This document shows, piece by piece, positions 1 to 11,158 of a stretch of 64,000 bases of DNA. Source of the DNA: a virus (Duplodnaviria > Caudoviricetes); IMG/VR virus record IMGVR_UViG_3300028591_000005, positions 32,001 to 96,000 of that record. One strand, written 5' to 3'. A model generated the notes under the pieces. It was not told the DNA's origin. It did no database searches and was given only the letters and a program-made list of their open reading frames with translations. Both the position numbers and the translations under genes were made by a program. Every line of letters begins with the position of its first letter. Position 1 is the stretch's first letter.

Positions 1-1
1 G

Positions 2-2323
2 AATGATATTTTAAAAGGTTTTGATAGAGTTGCTAATACTTTAAAGCATTATGAAAAAATTACTAATTTACTTTATGGCGGAGATCAGATAGAGGCTGGA
101 AGGGCCTACCTTGATCAAATCTATTCAGCTACCTCCGCTAGTTCTTTAGCTAGACAAGATGTTTTAAGAAAAGAAATTGATGCACTTCAAAAGGAATATG
201 ATCAAATTCTTGCTTCTGGTGTTGCGGAAACGGATAAAGATCTTGTAGAACTTAAAGAAGCTATCCAGGATGCTGAAAGCTCTTTAGAGAGTGAGATTGA
301 GAATTATTTAGATGTTATTCAAAATCAACTCACTAATTCAATTAAGAGTATTATGAATACCGCTGATAAATTAATGACAAATGATAGAGGCATCAATCCT
401 GTAATTGAAAGATGGAATGATTCTAGAGATGCTGCTGAAGGATATTATGATGAAGTTGAGAGAGTTTATGAACTTGAGAGAATGGAATCGTTATGGGAAG
501 ATGCAATTAGTAAAACAAGTACCTTAAAGAATCAGCAATATCTTACTAATATAATGAATGAGCAATTAAAGAATTTGAGAGAGAAAACTAAATTATCTGA
601 ATATGATATTGGATTGGCTGAAAAAGAATTACAAATTTATCAGGCTCAAATGGCACTTGAAGATGCTAGAGCTAATAAAAATGCAATGAAACTTGTTCGT
701 AATGAGCAAGGTAATTGGGCATATCAATATGTTACAGATGAAGATGATATAGCTAGTAAGGAAGAGGATTTACTTAACAGTTTATATGAAAAATATGAAT
801 ATGTTAAGAATGCTAATATTCAAGCAACTGAAGATCTTCTTCAATTATATCAGACAGCTCAAGAAAGATTAACTGCTTTATTAGAAGAATATAAAACTGC
901 AGATGAAGCAAGACGTGCGGAAATAACTGAAGAATATGAATATTTATATAATTACTATTATGGACCAGAAGGATTAATTATTCAAAAAGCTACTGAAACT
1001 CATGATATGGAAGATGATTTAAATATTGCAGGAATGGAATTACTCTGGGATTTATATGAAACAGACATTGAGAATTATGATCTTATGATCGAGAGTGAAA
1101 AGGCTTTAATCGATGCCCTCCGCGACCATGATATTACAACTTTTAGAGAATTAATTGAAGCCGTTGCTACTGGTGATAATAGTTTATATAATCAGTTATT
1201 AGATAAAGTTACTCAAGTTACTGATGATAGCAGAACTGAATGGGAAGAACTTGCACATGAAATTATCGCAAATTGGGCAACTAATCCTGATAGTGTAAAA
1301 AATATTATAGTAGATGCTTATAACTCTATTATGCTTAAAGTTGCTGAATATGATTATGCTATTGCTTTAAGTGAATACAAGTCAGGCGTTGCTTGGAGTA
1401 ATATTACTGATCATGTATTATTAGCTCAATGGGCGGTTGATAGTGTTTATGATAGTGTTTGGAATGTAATTAATCAAACAGATGGTTTAAGTGATTTTAG
1501 AAATCGTGTAAATGCTATCGGAGATGCTTGGAATTTAGTTGCACAGAATATTGCTAATGCAACTAGTCAAATGACAGGTTTCTTACAATTACTTGGAGTA
1601 TCTGCTCAAGTTAATATACCCGATTATCAAAAAATATTAAATCCTATTGCTAATAATAAAACTTTTACAGCAGATTCTAATGGTGGTGCAGGGAATAGTG
1701 GTTTAACAAGTAGTGCTGAAAAAACTATTAGAAGACAGCGTCCAGAATATTATATTTTAGGACCTGATCAATCATTATATAATGGAGAACATGATGTTAC
1801 TCTTGCTTCTGGCTTTGGAAGCAAAGGTGCAGCTCTTCAATATATGGAAGAAGTCTTTGGAACTGATAGAGGACAAATGGGAAGTTATTATAGAAATGGT
1901 AGAATGTCTATATCAAGTTCTCCAGCAGCTTTATTAACTTATTCTCCTTATAGCGGTTATGCTAGTTATGATAAATTTTCTAGCGGAGATAATCATAGTA
2001 AATATTTAGATTCTACTTCACTTATATCTAGATTATTTAATGGTTTAGGTCAACTAGCTATTTCAACTGGAGTAGAAAATAGTCTTAATAATTCTATTGA
2101 AAGTAGTTTTAATAATCCTGAACTTATTGCATCTAATCCTTTTACTACTGTAGAATCTGCATTAGCAGGAAGTCTTGGCGGCGCTTCCTATATTTTTAAT
2201 GTAAATGCAGACTTTTCTGGTTTAACAGATGCTACAGCATTAAAAGATGCTTTAGAAAGTTTACCAAATTTGGCAAGTCAGTATTTAGGCACAGGGAGTG
2301 GCTTTGCAGGTAGTACATATTAA
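2..2323 (+). CDS. Tail tape measure protein, C-terminal part (5' truncated)
   Basis: Frame is open from base 2 (NDILKGFDRVANTLKHY...) into the 353..2323 ORF; long helical/coiled-coil protein with periodic aromatic residues, upstream of tail genes. Confidence 0.7.
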   Translation, partial: NDILKGFDRVANTLKHYEKITNLLYGGDQIEAGRAYLDQIYSATSASSLARQDVLRKEIDALQKEYDQILASGVAETDKDLVELKEAIQDAESSLESEIENYLDVIQNQLTNSIKSIMNTADKLMTNDRGINPVIERWNDSRDAAEGYYDEVERVYELERMESLWEDAISKTSTLKNQQYLTNIMNEQLKNLREKTKLSEYDIGLAEKELQIYQAQMALEDARANKNAMKLVRNEQGNWAYQYVTDEDDIASKEEDLLNSLYEKYEYVKNANIQATEDLLQLYQTAQERLTALLEEYKTADEARRAEITEEYEYLYNYYYGPEGLIIQKATETHDMEDDLNIAGMELLWDLYETDIENYDLMIESEKALIDALRDHDITTFRELIEAVATGDNSLYNQLLDKVTQVTDDSRTEWEELAHEIIANWATNPDSVKNIIVDAYNSIMLKVAEYDYAIALSEYKSGVAWSNITDHVLLAQWAVDSVYDSVWNVINQTDGLSDFRNRVNAIGDAWNLVAQNIANATSQMTGFLQLLGVSAQVNIPDYQKILNPIANNKTFTADSNGGAGNSGLTSSAEKTIRRQRPEYYILGPDQSLYNGEHDVTLASGFGSKGAALQYMEEVFGTDRGQMGSYYRNGRMSISSSPAALLTYSPYSGYASYDKFSSGDNHSKYLDSTSLISRLFNGLGQLAISTGVENSLNNSIESSFNNPELIASNPFTTVESALAGSLGGASYIFNVNADFSGLTDATALKDALESLPNLASQYLGTGSGFAGSTY

Positions 2324-2326
2324 TTT

Positions 2327-2360
2327 AAAGAGGAGGACAATGTCCTCCTCTTTTTCTTTT
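2327..2360 (+). terminator. Intrinsic terminator
   Basis: AAAGAGGAGGACA-a-TGTCCTCCTCTTT stem followed by T-tract. Confidence 0.8.
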
Positions 2361-2432
2361 TGGTCTTATTTTCGTAATTTACTTTAAAAAATTATGAAAT
2401 ATAAATATAGAGAAAAAAGGAGGCTTCCATTT

Positions 2433-5400
2433 ATGGGAAATGCAAATATAACAAATACAGTTTCAAATAATTTGCTTCAAACAATGAAAGCATTTGCAGA
2501 ATATGCTAAATCCACGTCAGATGGGGCCCTTATAGTTGAAGCTACTATTGTAGATATTATAGACGAAGGGGTAGGAGAATATTCTGTTGAATATTTTGGA
2601 AATACTTTTTCTGTATATTCAAACAATAGAGATTTAGTCTATTCCGTTGGGGATAATGTCTATATCTCAGTACCAGAAAGAGATTTCTCTAAAAATAAAA
2701 TTATAATTGGATTATCAAATCCTAAAGATGCGGTTTTTACTAATAACGATATCCAAACTATTTATAATGAAGTTAGTGATAATCTTATTACAAATAATCT
2801 TGGGATTATAGAATTATGTTCATATGCTGGCGATACGAGCGGAGAAACTTATGTTACAGAGTGTCCTCCCGCAGAATATGCAAAAATTTTAAATAATTAC
2901 AATACATTTGCATTAAAATGTAAAGTAAAAACTAGTTTACTTACAGAGCAACAGAATAGTGGTGTATATGGATTTACTTTATACTTACCTCTTGTTGTTA
3001 ATGCGGCGACAGGTGAAGGAATTACTGACATAGAATGGAAAGGTTTCAATTTAGATACTACGAATATGTTAGGTAATTTCTATCGTTTCGAAGAATGGAC
3101 TCCGCAAACTGTTTATTTTACATTAGATAATCAATATAAAATATCAAGTGATTATAGTCCAGTAATAACTTATTATTGTTATGGTTTTATAAAAGATGAA
3201 ACCAAAACAGATAAAGATATTTTTATTAAAGATATTTCATTATATGCGGTTGAAGAAATAACAACTGAAGATGAATCAGGTTATGGACTTACATTAAAAG
3301 CAAGTGAAGGTCCATATTTTGGAGCTTATTTTACTAATACTAAAATAATTACTCCTACTCTTAGGTATAATAAACGTCCAGTTAAACTTACAGAAAATAA
3401 TTGTGAGGTTTATTGGTTTAAAGAATGTGTAGATGTCCGCGGGGATAGTGAGTATTATAATACATATGGCGGATATGGATGGAAGTGTCTTAATGCTAAA
3501 GCTAATGTCGCTATGAATCCAGATGGAACGCAAAGCTTTACTTGGGTTACTAGTGAATTAACTAAAGAAATAAAAAGAACTGATGTAAGTATTTCTACTC
3601 ATTATAAATGTGTAATTATTTATAAGCAAACAAAAATTGCTGCAATGATTACGCTCAAAGATTTAGATACTAATAGAATTTTTGAATTAAATACAATAGA
3701 TGGAAATAATGTATTAATTAAAGATACTGGTTATGCGCATCTTGTTACTTCTGTTTATATTGAAGGTATTACAGATAAAGATGAATATAAAAATAGTATT
3801 ACTTATTCATGGATGCGATATAATAAAGATGGTGAATACATTAAAGATCCATATAGTTTCTTTGAAATTGTTAGATTTAATGAAAGAATAAATGATAGAT
3901 ATGAAACAGAGATAAAGTTTCCTGTTTATCAAATTGAAGAAGTTAATTATGTATATTGTTCTGCAACTTATTTAAATGAAGATTTAAATAAAGAATTAGT
4001 TGGAACAAGAAGTATTGCATTATTTACTTCTGAATTATTTGAATATAATTTAAATATTACTAATGATGATTTAATATATAAGTATGACGCAAATGGAGAT
4101 AGTCCTGCGGGAACCGCATATGATGGTCCTGGGACTTCAAAAGTTACTGAAATTGCGCCTTTGAATTATACCATCCGCACAGCAGATGGAAATGAATTAA
4201 GTGCTGAAGAATATTGCTATGTACATTATATGTGGATGGTTCCGAAGAATTCACTTTTCTCTATTGTTGGAACTCCTACAAGAGAAGATAGTAATTATTA
4301 TTATTTTGAAGGTTATGATAATCATAATCATACTGCAGCTAATTTAATGTATAAAATTGCTAATCGTTTTAATTTAACCAAAGCAAATGCAGCAATTATA
4401 TTACAAATTAAATTTAAAGATATAACTTTAACTGAAACTGCAAGTATTAGTTTTATAAAAGAGGGTATGAATGGAACTAATGGTACAGCATATTCCGCGA
4501 GACTTGTTTATGGCGGAGGAAGTGCTAGCTCTAGTGTTCCTTATGGAAAGTTAAATGAAAATGGCGAAGCTGTTAAATTAAAATTTGTTTATGTAACTAG
4601 TGATAATTCATTATGGTATTATAATTTTAATGATAAAACATTACACTCTTGGGATGAAGAAAAAAAGAGAATATATATACAAGTTTTTGAAAATAGTGAA
4701 GAATTAGTTTTCTGGCGTGATTTTCTTGTTGAATATAACATGTTTGATGAAAATTTTACGAATCCTTGTTTTGGAATAGGAAGTGTAGAAGGAGATAGTG
4801 TTATATTAAGGTTAAAAGAAACTCCTTCTAAAGCTAATTATCCTTGTAATATTTTACAAGCAAAGGTTAGAGTAAAACGTACAAATAGTAGTATTTCTAA
4901 TTCTGAAGAAATTATTTATGCTTATTATCCTATTGAATTAACTATAGTTGATACTAAATTAGATATAATTCCAACGATTGAAGGTGGCTTTGCGGAAGTT
5001 ATGTATGCTTCAGATGGAACTAATCCTTCATGGGACCAAACGGCTCCTTTTAGATTGGAAGAAAATCAAAAATTAAATATAGCTAATTATTATAATATAT
5101 CTTGGGTTGCACAGAATCATATTAGTCCTCATAGTGCATCTGATAAAGAAGTTTCTTTTGAGCCTGATAATAAATATGATGATGGCAATTCAAAAAACTA
5201 TGTTGCGGTTACTGCTAATTTTAAATCCGATATGCGGGAGTCAATTGAAGACACTATACAGAGTTTAGAAATAGATAAAGCTAGTCAACTAGAAGAAAAG
5301 GCTGCCGCCGCAAAAAATCTTAATTATCTTCAAGATTTTGCAAATCATTTTACATATGATGGTTGGATGGATGTATTAGATCAAATTAAACCAACATTAG

Positions 5401-7571
5401 ATATTCAAACTAATATGGTTTATAATCTTAAAGTACTTCAAAGTGCATCTACCGCATTAGAAGAATATATTCAAACACAAATTGAATATTCTTCTTTACC
5501 TATTGAAACAACTTGTGCAGAATTAATTGAAGAAGAAGAAAATTTAAAAGAATTTACAGAACAAGCAATAATTCAGACACAACATTTAAATGGTATAACT
5601 CCTTATTCTTTTGATGATTTAATTTCTTTAGAAAATTATTATCTAACTTGGAATAGCGAGATTAAAAATACTTATATTCAAGAATTAGGACTTAATACGG
5701 CTATTAGTTTTGAAGTTTTAATTGAGAATATTAATCAAACAATTAATAATTATCAAATTTATTATAATCAAATAGATACTTTAACTAATAGAAGTAATAT
5801 TAACATATATAGAAATTTTGTTGAAGATATTAAAAATACTTGTTCATATATTAGAGATGATGCATATCCGCAGTATATAGATTTAAGAGATAAGACATTA
5901 GCTTATCTTGATAAATTTAATGAATGTACTTCGATTAAAGACCTTAAAAATTATATAGGATTAATGCATCTTGATGTTTTAAATACTGCTTTTGTTTTAC
6001 AAGAAGGTTTATTACATCTTAAACAATATGTTATAGATGAATTAAATAATAAGCAAATTAAATGTCAAGAAAAATATGATGAAGATGTAAAACTTATAGA
6101 AAATTTAAATGCTGTTCTTGCGACTGAAAGCATAGAAATTTTCCATATTCGTCCTATTGTTATTTATTTTAATAGATATGAAATGAGTAATATTAACGCG
6201 TGGGACGGTAATAAATTAGAAACTGGTGATGGTAATTATTTATTAGCTCCTCAAGTAGGCGCAGGTATTAAAGACGAATCTAATAGTTTTACTGGTCTTA
6301 TTATGGGTCAGAGAATACTTGGTGCTTCTGTTGGTACAAGTAACAGTTCCCAGGTTGGTTTATTTGGGTATAGTAAAGGAAGACAATCTGTATTTATAAA
6401 TGCGGATACGGGTTCCGCAATATTTGGTGTTGCGGGAAATGGCGGTCAAATAGTTGTAGATCCTGCAACTAGTGGTAATTCAAGAAGCTTATTATATAGT
6501 AGTAATTATTGGGATACATATAATAATAAAACAGGATTACCAACAAATTATACCGATGCTAATAAAAAATATCAAGGAATATGTATAGATTTAAAACAAG
6601 GTGATATTCATCTTGGTAATGAAACTAGTAGAATATATTCTGGAAAACATGATATTTTAAGTAAAAGTGAAACAGGCTTTTATTTATCCCATGATGGTTT
6701 ATCTATTGGTGGTCAAGTTAAAATAGATAGTTCTGGAGTCATGCTTTTAGGAAAAGGTGCTGTTCTTGGAAATGGTACTTATTGGACTCTGAATGGGAGT
6801 GATGATGCAACACGTTCTTATATTGCGCATGGTACTACCTCATTTAATACTGGTAATAATTCTGTTTATTTAGGTACTGATGGAATATCGTTAGGTACTA
6901 ATAAATTTATGGTAACTAATGAAGGTGAACTTACATCAAAAGCAGGTCATATTGGCGGTATTAAAATTACTACAAGTTCTATTGAATCTGAAAACTTTAG
7001 CCAAAATACTGGATTCCAGATTAATGCAGATGGTAGTGCTACTTTTAGAAATATTCATGTTACTGGTTATGTTACAACATCTGAGTTTGAAACAGAAAAA
7101 ATTAGAGTTAATAATTTATTAGCTGAAAAAGCTACTATTACAGAATTAAATGCAGTAAAAATTGATGTAAGTAATTTAACTGCAGAATATGGTGAATTTA
7201 AATCAGCAACAATTAATAATTTGACTGTTTTAAATGAATTATCTGTAAAAACAATTACTACTGATAATATGGCTGTAAAAGTAAGGCTTGATGCAAGTCA
7301 AATAGTTTCTGGAACTGTTAGTGCAGATAGATTAAGTGCAGATGCTATTTATACTAAATTTTTAAGTGCATGTGCTGTATCGCCATTTCAAGGTACATTA
7401 TATATGGGTAATGGATATTTTGGTAATTTATATATGTATGATAATGGATATAAAAGAGTCCTTTATGAAGGATCTAATCAATATGTAAAGCATGATACTT
7501 ATACTATTGTTGCTTCAGGTACAGATGCTCAAGGCAGACCTGTTTCAATATCTGGTAGTGTTACAATTTGA
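2433..7571 (+). CDS. Large tail/baseplate protein (central fibre/spike-like C-terminus)
   Basis: ~1710 aa; AGGAGG RBS favours ATG 2433; beta-rich body, helical insert, C-terminal Gly-rich 'GHIGGIKIT' and 'AEKATITELNA' segments typical of tail tips; follows tape measure. Confidence 0.6.
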   Translation: MGNANITNTVSNNLLQTMKAFAEYAKSTSDGALIVEATIVDIIDEGVGEYSVEYFGNTFSVYSNNRDLVYSVGDNVYISVPERDFSKNKIIIGLSNPKDAVFTNNDIQTIYNEVSDNLITNNLGIIELCSYAGDTSGETYVTECPPAEYAKILNNYNTFALKCKVKTSLLTEQQNSGVYGFTLYLPLVVNAATGEGITDIEWKGFNLDTTNMLGNFYRFEEWTPQTVYFTLDNQYKISSDYSPVITYYCYGFIKDETKTDKDIFIKDISLYAVEEITTEDESGYGLTLKASEGPYFGAYFTNTKIITPTLRYNKRPVKLTENNCEVYWFKECVDVRGDSEYYNTYGGYGWKCLNAKANVAMNPDGTQSFTWVTSELTKEIKRTDVSISTHYKCVIIYKQTKIAAMITLKDLDTNRIFELNTIDGNNVLIKDTGYAHLVTSVYIEGITDKDEYKNSITYSWMRYNKDGEYIKDPYSFFEIVRFNERINDRYETEIKFPVYQIEEVNYVYCSATYLNEDLNKELVGTRSIALFTSELFEYNLNITNDDLIYKYDANGDSPAGTAYDGPGTSKVTEIAPLNYTIRTADGNELSAEEYCYVHYMWMVPKNSLFSIVGTPTREDSNYYYFEGYDNHNHTAANLMYKIANRFNLTKANAAIILQIKFKDITLTETASISFIKEGMNGTNGTAYSARLVYGGGSASSSVPYGKLNENGEAVKLKFVYVTSDNSLWYYNFNDKTLHSWDEEKKRIYIQVFENSEELVFWRDFLVEYNMFDENFTNPCFGIGSVEGDSVILRLKETPSKANYPCNILQAKVRVKRTNSSISNSEEIIYAYYPIELTIVDTKLDIIPTIEGGFAEVMYASDGTNPSWDQTAPFRLEENQKLNIANYYNISWVAQNHISPHSASDKEVSFEPDNKYDDGNSKNYVAVTANFKSDMRESIEDTIQSLEIDKASQLEEKAAAAKNLNYLQDFANHFTYDGWMDVLDQIKPTLDIQTNMVYNLKVLQSASTALEEYIQTQIEYSSLPIETTCAELIEEEENLKEFTEQAIIQTQHLNGITPYSFDDLISLENYYLTWNSEIKNTYIQELGLNTAISFEVLIENINQTINNYQIYYNQIDTLTNRSNINIYRNFVEDIKNTCSYIRDDAYPQYIDLRDKTLAYLDKFNECTSIKDLKNYIGLMHLDVLNTAFVLQEGLLHLKQYVIDELNNKQIKCQEKYDEDVKLIENLNAVLATESIEIFHIRPIVIYFNRYEMSNINAWDGNKLETGDGNYLLAPQVGAGIKDESNSFTGLIMGQRILGASVGTSNSSQVGLFGYSKGRQSVFINADTGSAIFGVAGNGGQIVVDPATSGNSRSLLYSSNYWDTYNNKTGLPTNYTDANKKYQGICIDLKQGDIHLGNETSRIYSGKHDILSKSETGFYLSHDGLSIGGQVKIDSSGVMLLGKGAVLGNGTYWTLNGSDDATRSYIAHGTTSFNTGNNSVYLGTDGISLGTNKFMVTNEGELTSKAGHIGGIKITTSSIESENFSQNTGFQINADGSATFRNIHVTGYVTTSEFETEKIRVNNLLAEKATITELNAVKIDVSNLTAEYGEFKSATINNLTVLNELSVKTITTDNMAVKVRLDASQIVSGTVSADRLSADAIYTKFLSACAVSPFQGTLYMGNGYFGNLYMYDNGYKRVLYEGSNQYVKHDTYTIVASGTDAQGRPVSISGSVTI

Positions 7572-7596
7572 CAAATATCAAAATTTTTGATATAAT
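7568..7596 (+). promoter_or_regulatory. SigA-type promoter (class I)
   Basis: TTGACA-17 nt-TATAAT with extended TG. Confidence 0.8.
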
Positions 7597-7623
7597 ATAA
7601 TAAAGAGATAAAAGGAGAGCATT

Positions 7624-7815
7624 ATGGAAGAACTTAAACAAAAACTTATAGAAGCATGCAATGAGAGTGGTTTACCTCTTGAAGCGATTTATTTTGTAAC
7701 AAAGGATTTATGGAGAGATGCTGAAGCTACGCTAAGAGATCTCCAGTCTAAACAGGCTCAACAGAATATTCAAGTAGAAGAAATTCCTAATGAAGACTCT
7801 ACTAAAGAAGATTAA
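7624..7815 (+). CDS. Small hypothetical protein
   Basis: 63 aa, AAGGAG RBS, own promoter. Confidence 0.65.
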   Translation: MEELKQKLIEACNESGLPLEAIYFVTKDLWRDAEATLRDLQSKQAQQNIQVEEIPNEDSTKED

Positions 7816-7843
7816 TTCTTTGGACTAATTAATTAAATTACTT

Positions 7844-7882
7844 CCCTTCGAGATTTAAATTTCTCGAAGGGAAATTTTTTTT
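7844..7882 (+). terminator. Intrinsic terminator
   Basis: TTCCCTTCGAGA...TCTCGAAGGGAA stem plus T-tract. Confidence 0.7.
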
Positions 7883-7910
7883 AATTAATTAATAAAGAGA
7901 GGTATTTACC

Positions 7911-8447
7911 ATGTGGGTAGAACTTTTAAAAGAATATTCTCTTCAAAGCATACTTATTGGCATTATTATGCTTGCACTTGCTTTGAAAGGAACGCTTGAT
8001 TTTATTGAATGGGCAAAAAATAAATATAAAATAAAATTTGACAATGATTATCAAAAGAAACAGAGCGAAGAATTATCTAAAGCTCATTATGAATCTTGTC
8101 AAAAGCAATATAATGAAACTAAAGAATTATATAATAATGTAGAAAAAAAGATTGATTCATTAACAGATACTGTAAATACTCGATTAGATAATATAGAAAG
8201 TTCAATAGATAGATTGACTGAATCAGATATGCATGATATAAAAGGTTGGATTGTAGAAAAACATCATATACTAATGAAACAGCAATGGGTTGATGATTTT
8301 ACTATGGATACAATAGAAAAAAGATATGCAGATTATAAAATAGAAGGCGGCAATTCATATATTAGAGGATTAATGGATGAAATTAGAGCATTGCCGCATG
8401 TAAGTGGTACAATTGATCTTAATAAAAAAGATGAGGGCGAAAATTAA
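7911..8447 (+). CDS. Membrane-anchored coiled-coil protein, holin-associated type
   Basis: N-terminal TM segment, coiled coil, C-terminal 'YADYKIEGGNSYI' motif of the kind seen in phage lysis-region proteins. Confidence 0.5.
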   Translation: MWVELLKEYSLQSILIGIIMLALALKGTLDFIEWAKNKYKIKFDNDYQKKQSEELSKAHYESCQKQYNETKELYNNVEKKIDSLTDTVNTRLDNIESSIDRLTESDMHDIKGWIVEKHHILMKQQWVDDFTMDTIEKRYADYKIEGGNSYIRGLMDEIRALPHVSGTIDLNKKDEGEN

Positions 8448-8464
8448 TTTTCGCCCTCTTTTTT
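8433..8464 (+). terminator. Intrinsic terminator
   Basis: GAGGGCGAAAA...TTTTCGCCCTC plus T-tract. Confidence 0.75.
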
Positions 8465-8557
8465 GTTGGTCTAATTTGTTTCATTTATTTTTTTAAAATC
8501 TTATATATAAAGATAAGAAATTTGTTTTTATGAATTTTATTGAGGTAGAAGGAGGAA

Positions 8558-11152
8558 ATGGATATGGCATCAACTAACTTATATCCACCTATAGTTGACA
8601 GTATTACGCCTGCTTTTATAGCTTCTGGCGATTCTAGTTACTGTAGACTTTATTTTTCTTTATCTAAATATTCTTCTTCCACTTCACCAATAAAATCAAT
8701 TCATATCTCTGTTATTAAACAATCTACAGGACAGAGTGTTGTTAATAAAGAGGACAATGCTGCAGCACAGCGTTTCCGCGCAACTGGAATTATTATTATA
8801 AATGGAACTCCTACTGCAGAAGATATCGAACGTAATTTATATTATGTAGATATTTTAAATGAAGACATTCAGTCCGGAGATATTAAAGGTTGGTATCCAA
8901 GTTGGATTTATAAAATGCAAATTAGACTTTCAGAAGTTCCTTATTCTCTTGAAAGTCAGATAGGTCAATCTGCTTGGTTGAATATTAATGCAAGTTATTT
9001 TTCCGAGTGGTCAACCTATTCCACAACAAAAGCAATTAGTAGACCACATATATCAATCCCTATATTGAATGATTTTGATAGTGAGGTTGGACAGAGTGCT
9101 AATAGAAATCAAGAGTATAATCTTAATTTAACTACTTTAGATTTAAATGGCACATATAGTAATGCAGATGAAAGTGAAACTTTATATTCATATAGATTTA
9201 AATTATATGACGCAGAAGATAATTTAATTGAGGATTCTGATATTCTTTATAGTAATCAATATTATAATCCCAATCAAATGCATTATTTATTTAAAACTGA
9301 ATTTAGAAATAGTAATCATTATAAATTAACTTTAAATTATGTTACTCTTAATAAATATGAGAGTAATCTTTATTTTAAATTATATATCAATGCAGCAATT
9401 AGCGATGTAACTCCTATGAAATTAGTTTCTGTTGAAACTATTAATACTATTGATGATGAAGAATATAGAAAAGATTTTAATAAGCAAACATTTCTTGAAT
9501 TTGAACAAGAAGAAGGTCTGGTTGGATTAAAACTTTATTCTGATGAAACAGGTATTTATAATGGAAATATCTGCATTAGAAGATCTGATAGTAAAGATAA
9601 TTTCCAAACATGGGAAGATATGAAAATTATAGTATGTATTAATCAAGTTATTAATAATCTTCCTATATATTTTGATAAGACTGCTGAAAGTGGCGTTTGG
9701 TATAAATATGGAGTTCAAACAATAGATACAGATGGTTATAGAACTAGATTAGTTGAAATTACTAAACCTATCTTAAGAGATTATGAATATTCTTATTTAG
9801 TAGGTGAAGGTGGTCGTCAATTAAAACTAAAGTATAATAATGTTATGAATAGTTATACTTATAATTATTCTGAATCTAAAACTGATACAATTGGCGGTAA
9901 ATATCCATTTATTACTAGAAATGGAAATATGCAATATCGCACAATTCCTGTAAATGGTTTGATTTCATTTAATATGGATGAAAGTCAATTATTTACAAAT
10001 GATTTAGATATGTATGGATATGCGGAAATCGCTAATCTTTATAATAAACGTAGACATGATGAATATTTAGGTGATTATGACTATAGAAAAGAATTTGATT
10101 TTAGAGAAAAAGTTCTTGCTTTTTTATATGATGGTAAACCTAAATTATTTAAGTCTGCAACAGAAGGCAATATAATAGTGCGGTTGATGCAGGTCTCCGC
10201 GCAACCAAATCAGACTTTAAATAGAATGATTTTTTCATTCACATCAACCGCACATGAAATAGCTGATGCGACTATTGAGAATTATTTAAAATATGGATTT
10301 TTTGAAGTTGGTGAATATGCAACTTCTTTTATAACTTACACTAGTCATATTGGTCAAATTCAATTAGATTGTAATTTTGGTGATAATATAATTGAAAAAA
10401 TTTGGCAAAAATATGATTTTTCAGATAGAAATGTAGCTGGATTAAAACAGACTTTACTTAAAATCCATGATTTAAAAATTAATTTTACGGATAAACCAAT
10501 TAAGGTTTACAATAATGTAAATGAACTTGTTTTAGGTAATAATATTTCTTATAATGGTAATATTATTACAATTCGTGCAGATAGGTCTAGAGAATATATT
10601 TTTGATGAAAATATTGATTTTGTTAAAACTGATTCTGTTGTTATTTTAGGCGGAGTTGAAAATATTTATAATGATAATAATGAAATAATTAATAATATTC
10701 ATATAGATGTCGATTTTATTTATGAAATGACTCAAGAACCTTATAAGGAAAGAGCCGTTAGAAATAAGATTACAGAGAGAGGAATGGGACAAATTTATGG
10801 TACTTATTCTTCTGGTTCAAGCATTTATAGAGATGTATATTATAAATATTATTACAATTGGGGAAATGAATCTCGATTTTTATCAGAAATAAATTGGACT
10901 TGTATTGAAGCAAATCCTGGGGCAATTTTCTTAATAAAAGACTTTTTAGATACTTCTGCATCAGAAGAATCTATGTATCATGAAATCAATCAAACAGGAT
11001 TATTAAATCTTGAAGGTCTTGGTGCTATTACTAATATTAAATACATTGGAATGAGAACTGCTGACGGAGGCATTGATACAACAAAAGATTGTGATGTTAT
11101 CGTTGATTATTCATATTATGTCACAATAAATACATATGAAGAGGAGGCATAA
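8558..11152 (+). CDS. Tail/baseplate structural protein
   Basis: 864 aa beta-rich; 'KTDTIGGKYPFITRNG' and 'DGKPKLFKS' distal-tail-like segment; synteny. Confidence 0.55.
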   Translation: MDMASTNLYPPIVDSITPAFIASGDSSYCRLYFSLSKYSSSTSPIKSIHISVIKQSTGQSVVNKEDNAAAQRFRATGIIIINGTPTAEDIERNLYYVDILNEDIQSGDIKGWYPSWIYKMQIRLSEVPYSLESQIGQSAWLNINASYFSEWSTYSTTKAISRPHISIPILNDFDSEVGQSANRNQEYNLNLTTLDLNGTYSNADESETLYSYRFKLYDAEDNLIEDSDILYSNQYYNPNQMHYLFKTEFRNSNHYKLTLNYVTLNKYESNLYFKLYINAAISDVTPMKLVSVETINTIDDEEYRKDFNKQTFLEFEQEEGLVGLKLYSDETGIYNGNICIRRSDSKDNFQTWEDMKIIVCINQVINNLPIYFDKTAESGVWYKYGVQTIDTDGYRTRLVEITKPILRDYEYSYLVGEGGRQLKLKYNNVMNSYTYNYSESKTDTIGGKYPFITRNGNMQYRTIPVNGLISFNMDESQLFTNDLDMYGYAEIANLYNKRRHDEYLGDYDYRKEFDFREKVLAFLYDGKPKLFKSATEGNIIVRLMQVSAQPNQTLNRMIFSFTSTAHEIADATIENYLKYGFFEVGEYATSFITYTSHIGQIQLDCNFGDNIIEKIWQKYDFSDRNVAGLKQTLLKIHDLKINFTDKPIKVYNNVNELVLGNNISYNGNIITIRADRSREYIFDENIDFVKTDSVVILGGVENIYNDNNEIINNIHIDVDFIYEMTQEPYKERAVRNKITERGMGQIYGTYSSGSSIYRDVYYKYYYNWGNESRFLSEINWTCIEANPGAIFLIKDFLDTSASEESMYHEINQTGLLNLEGLGAITNIKYIGMRTADGGIDTTKDCDVIVDYSYYVTINTYEEEA

Positions 11153-11158
11153 TAAATT

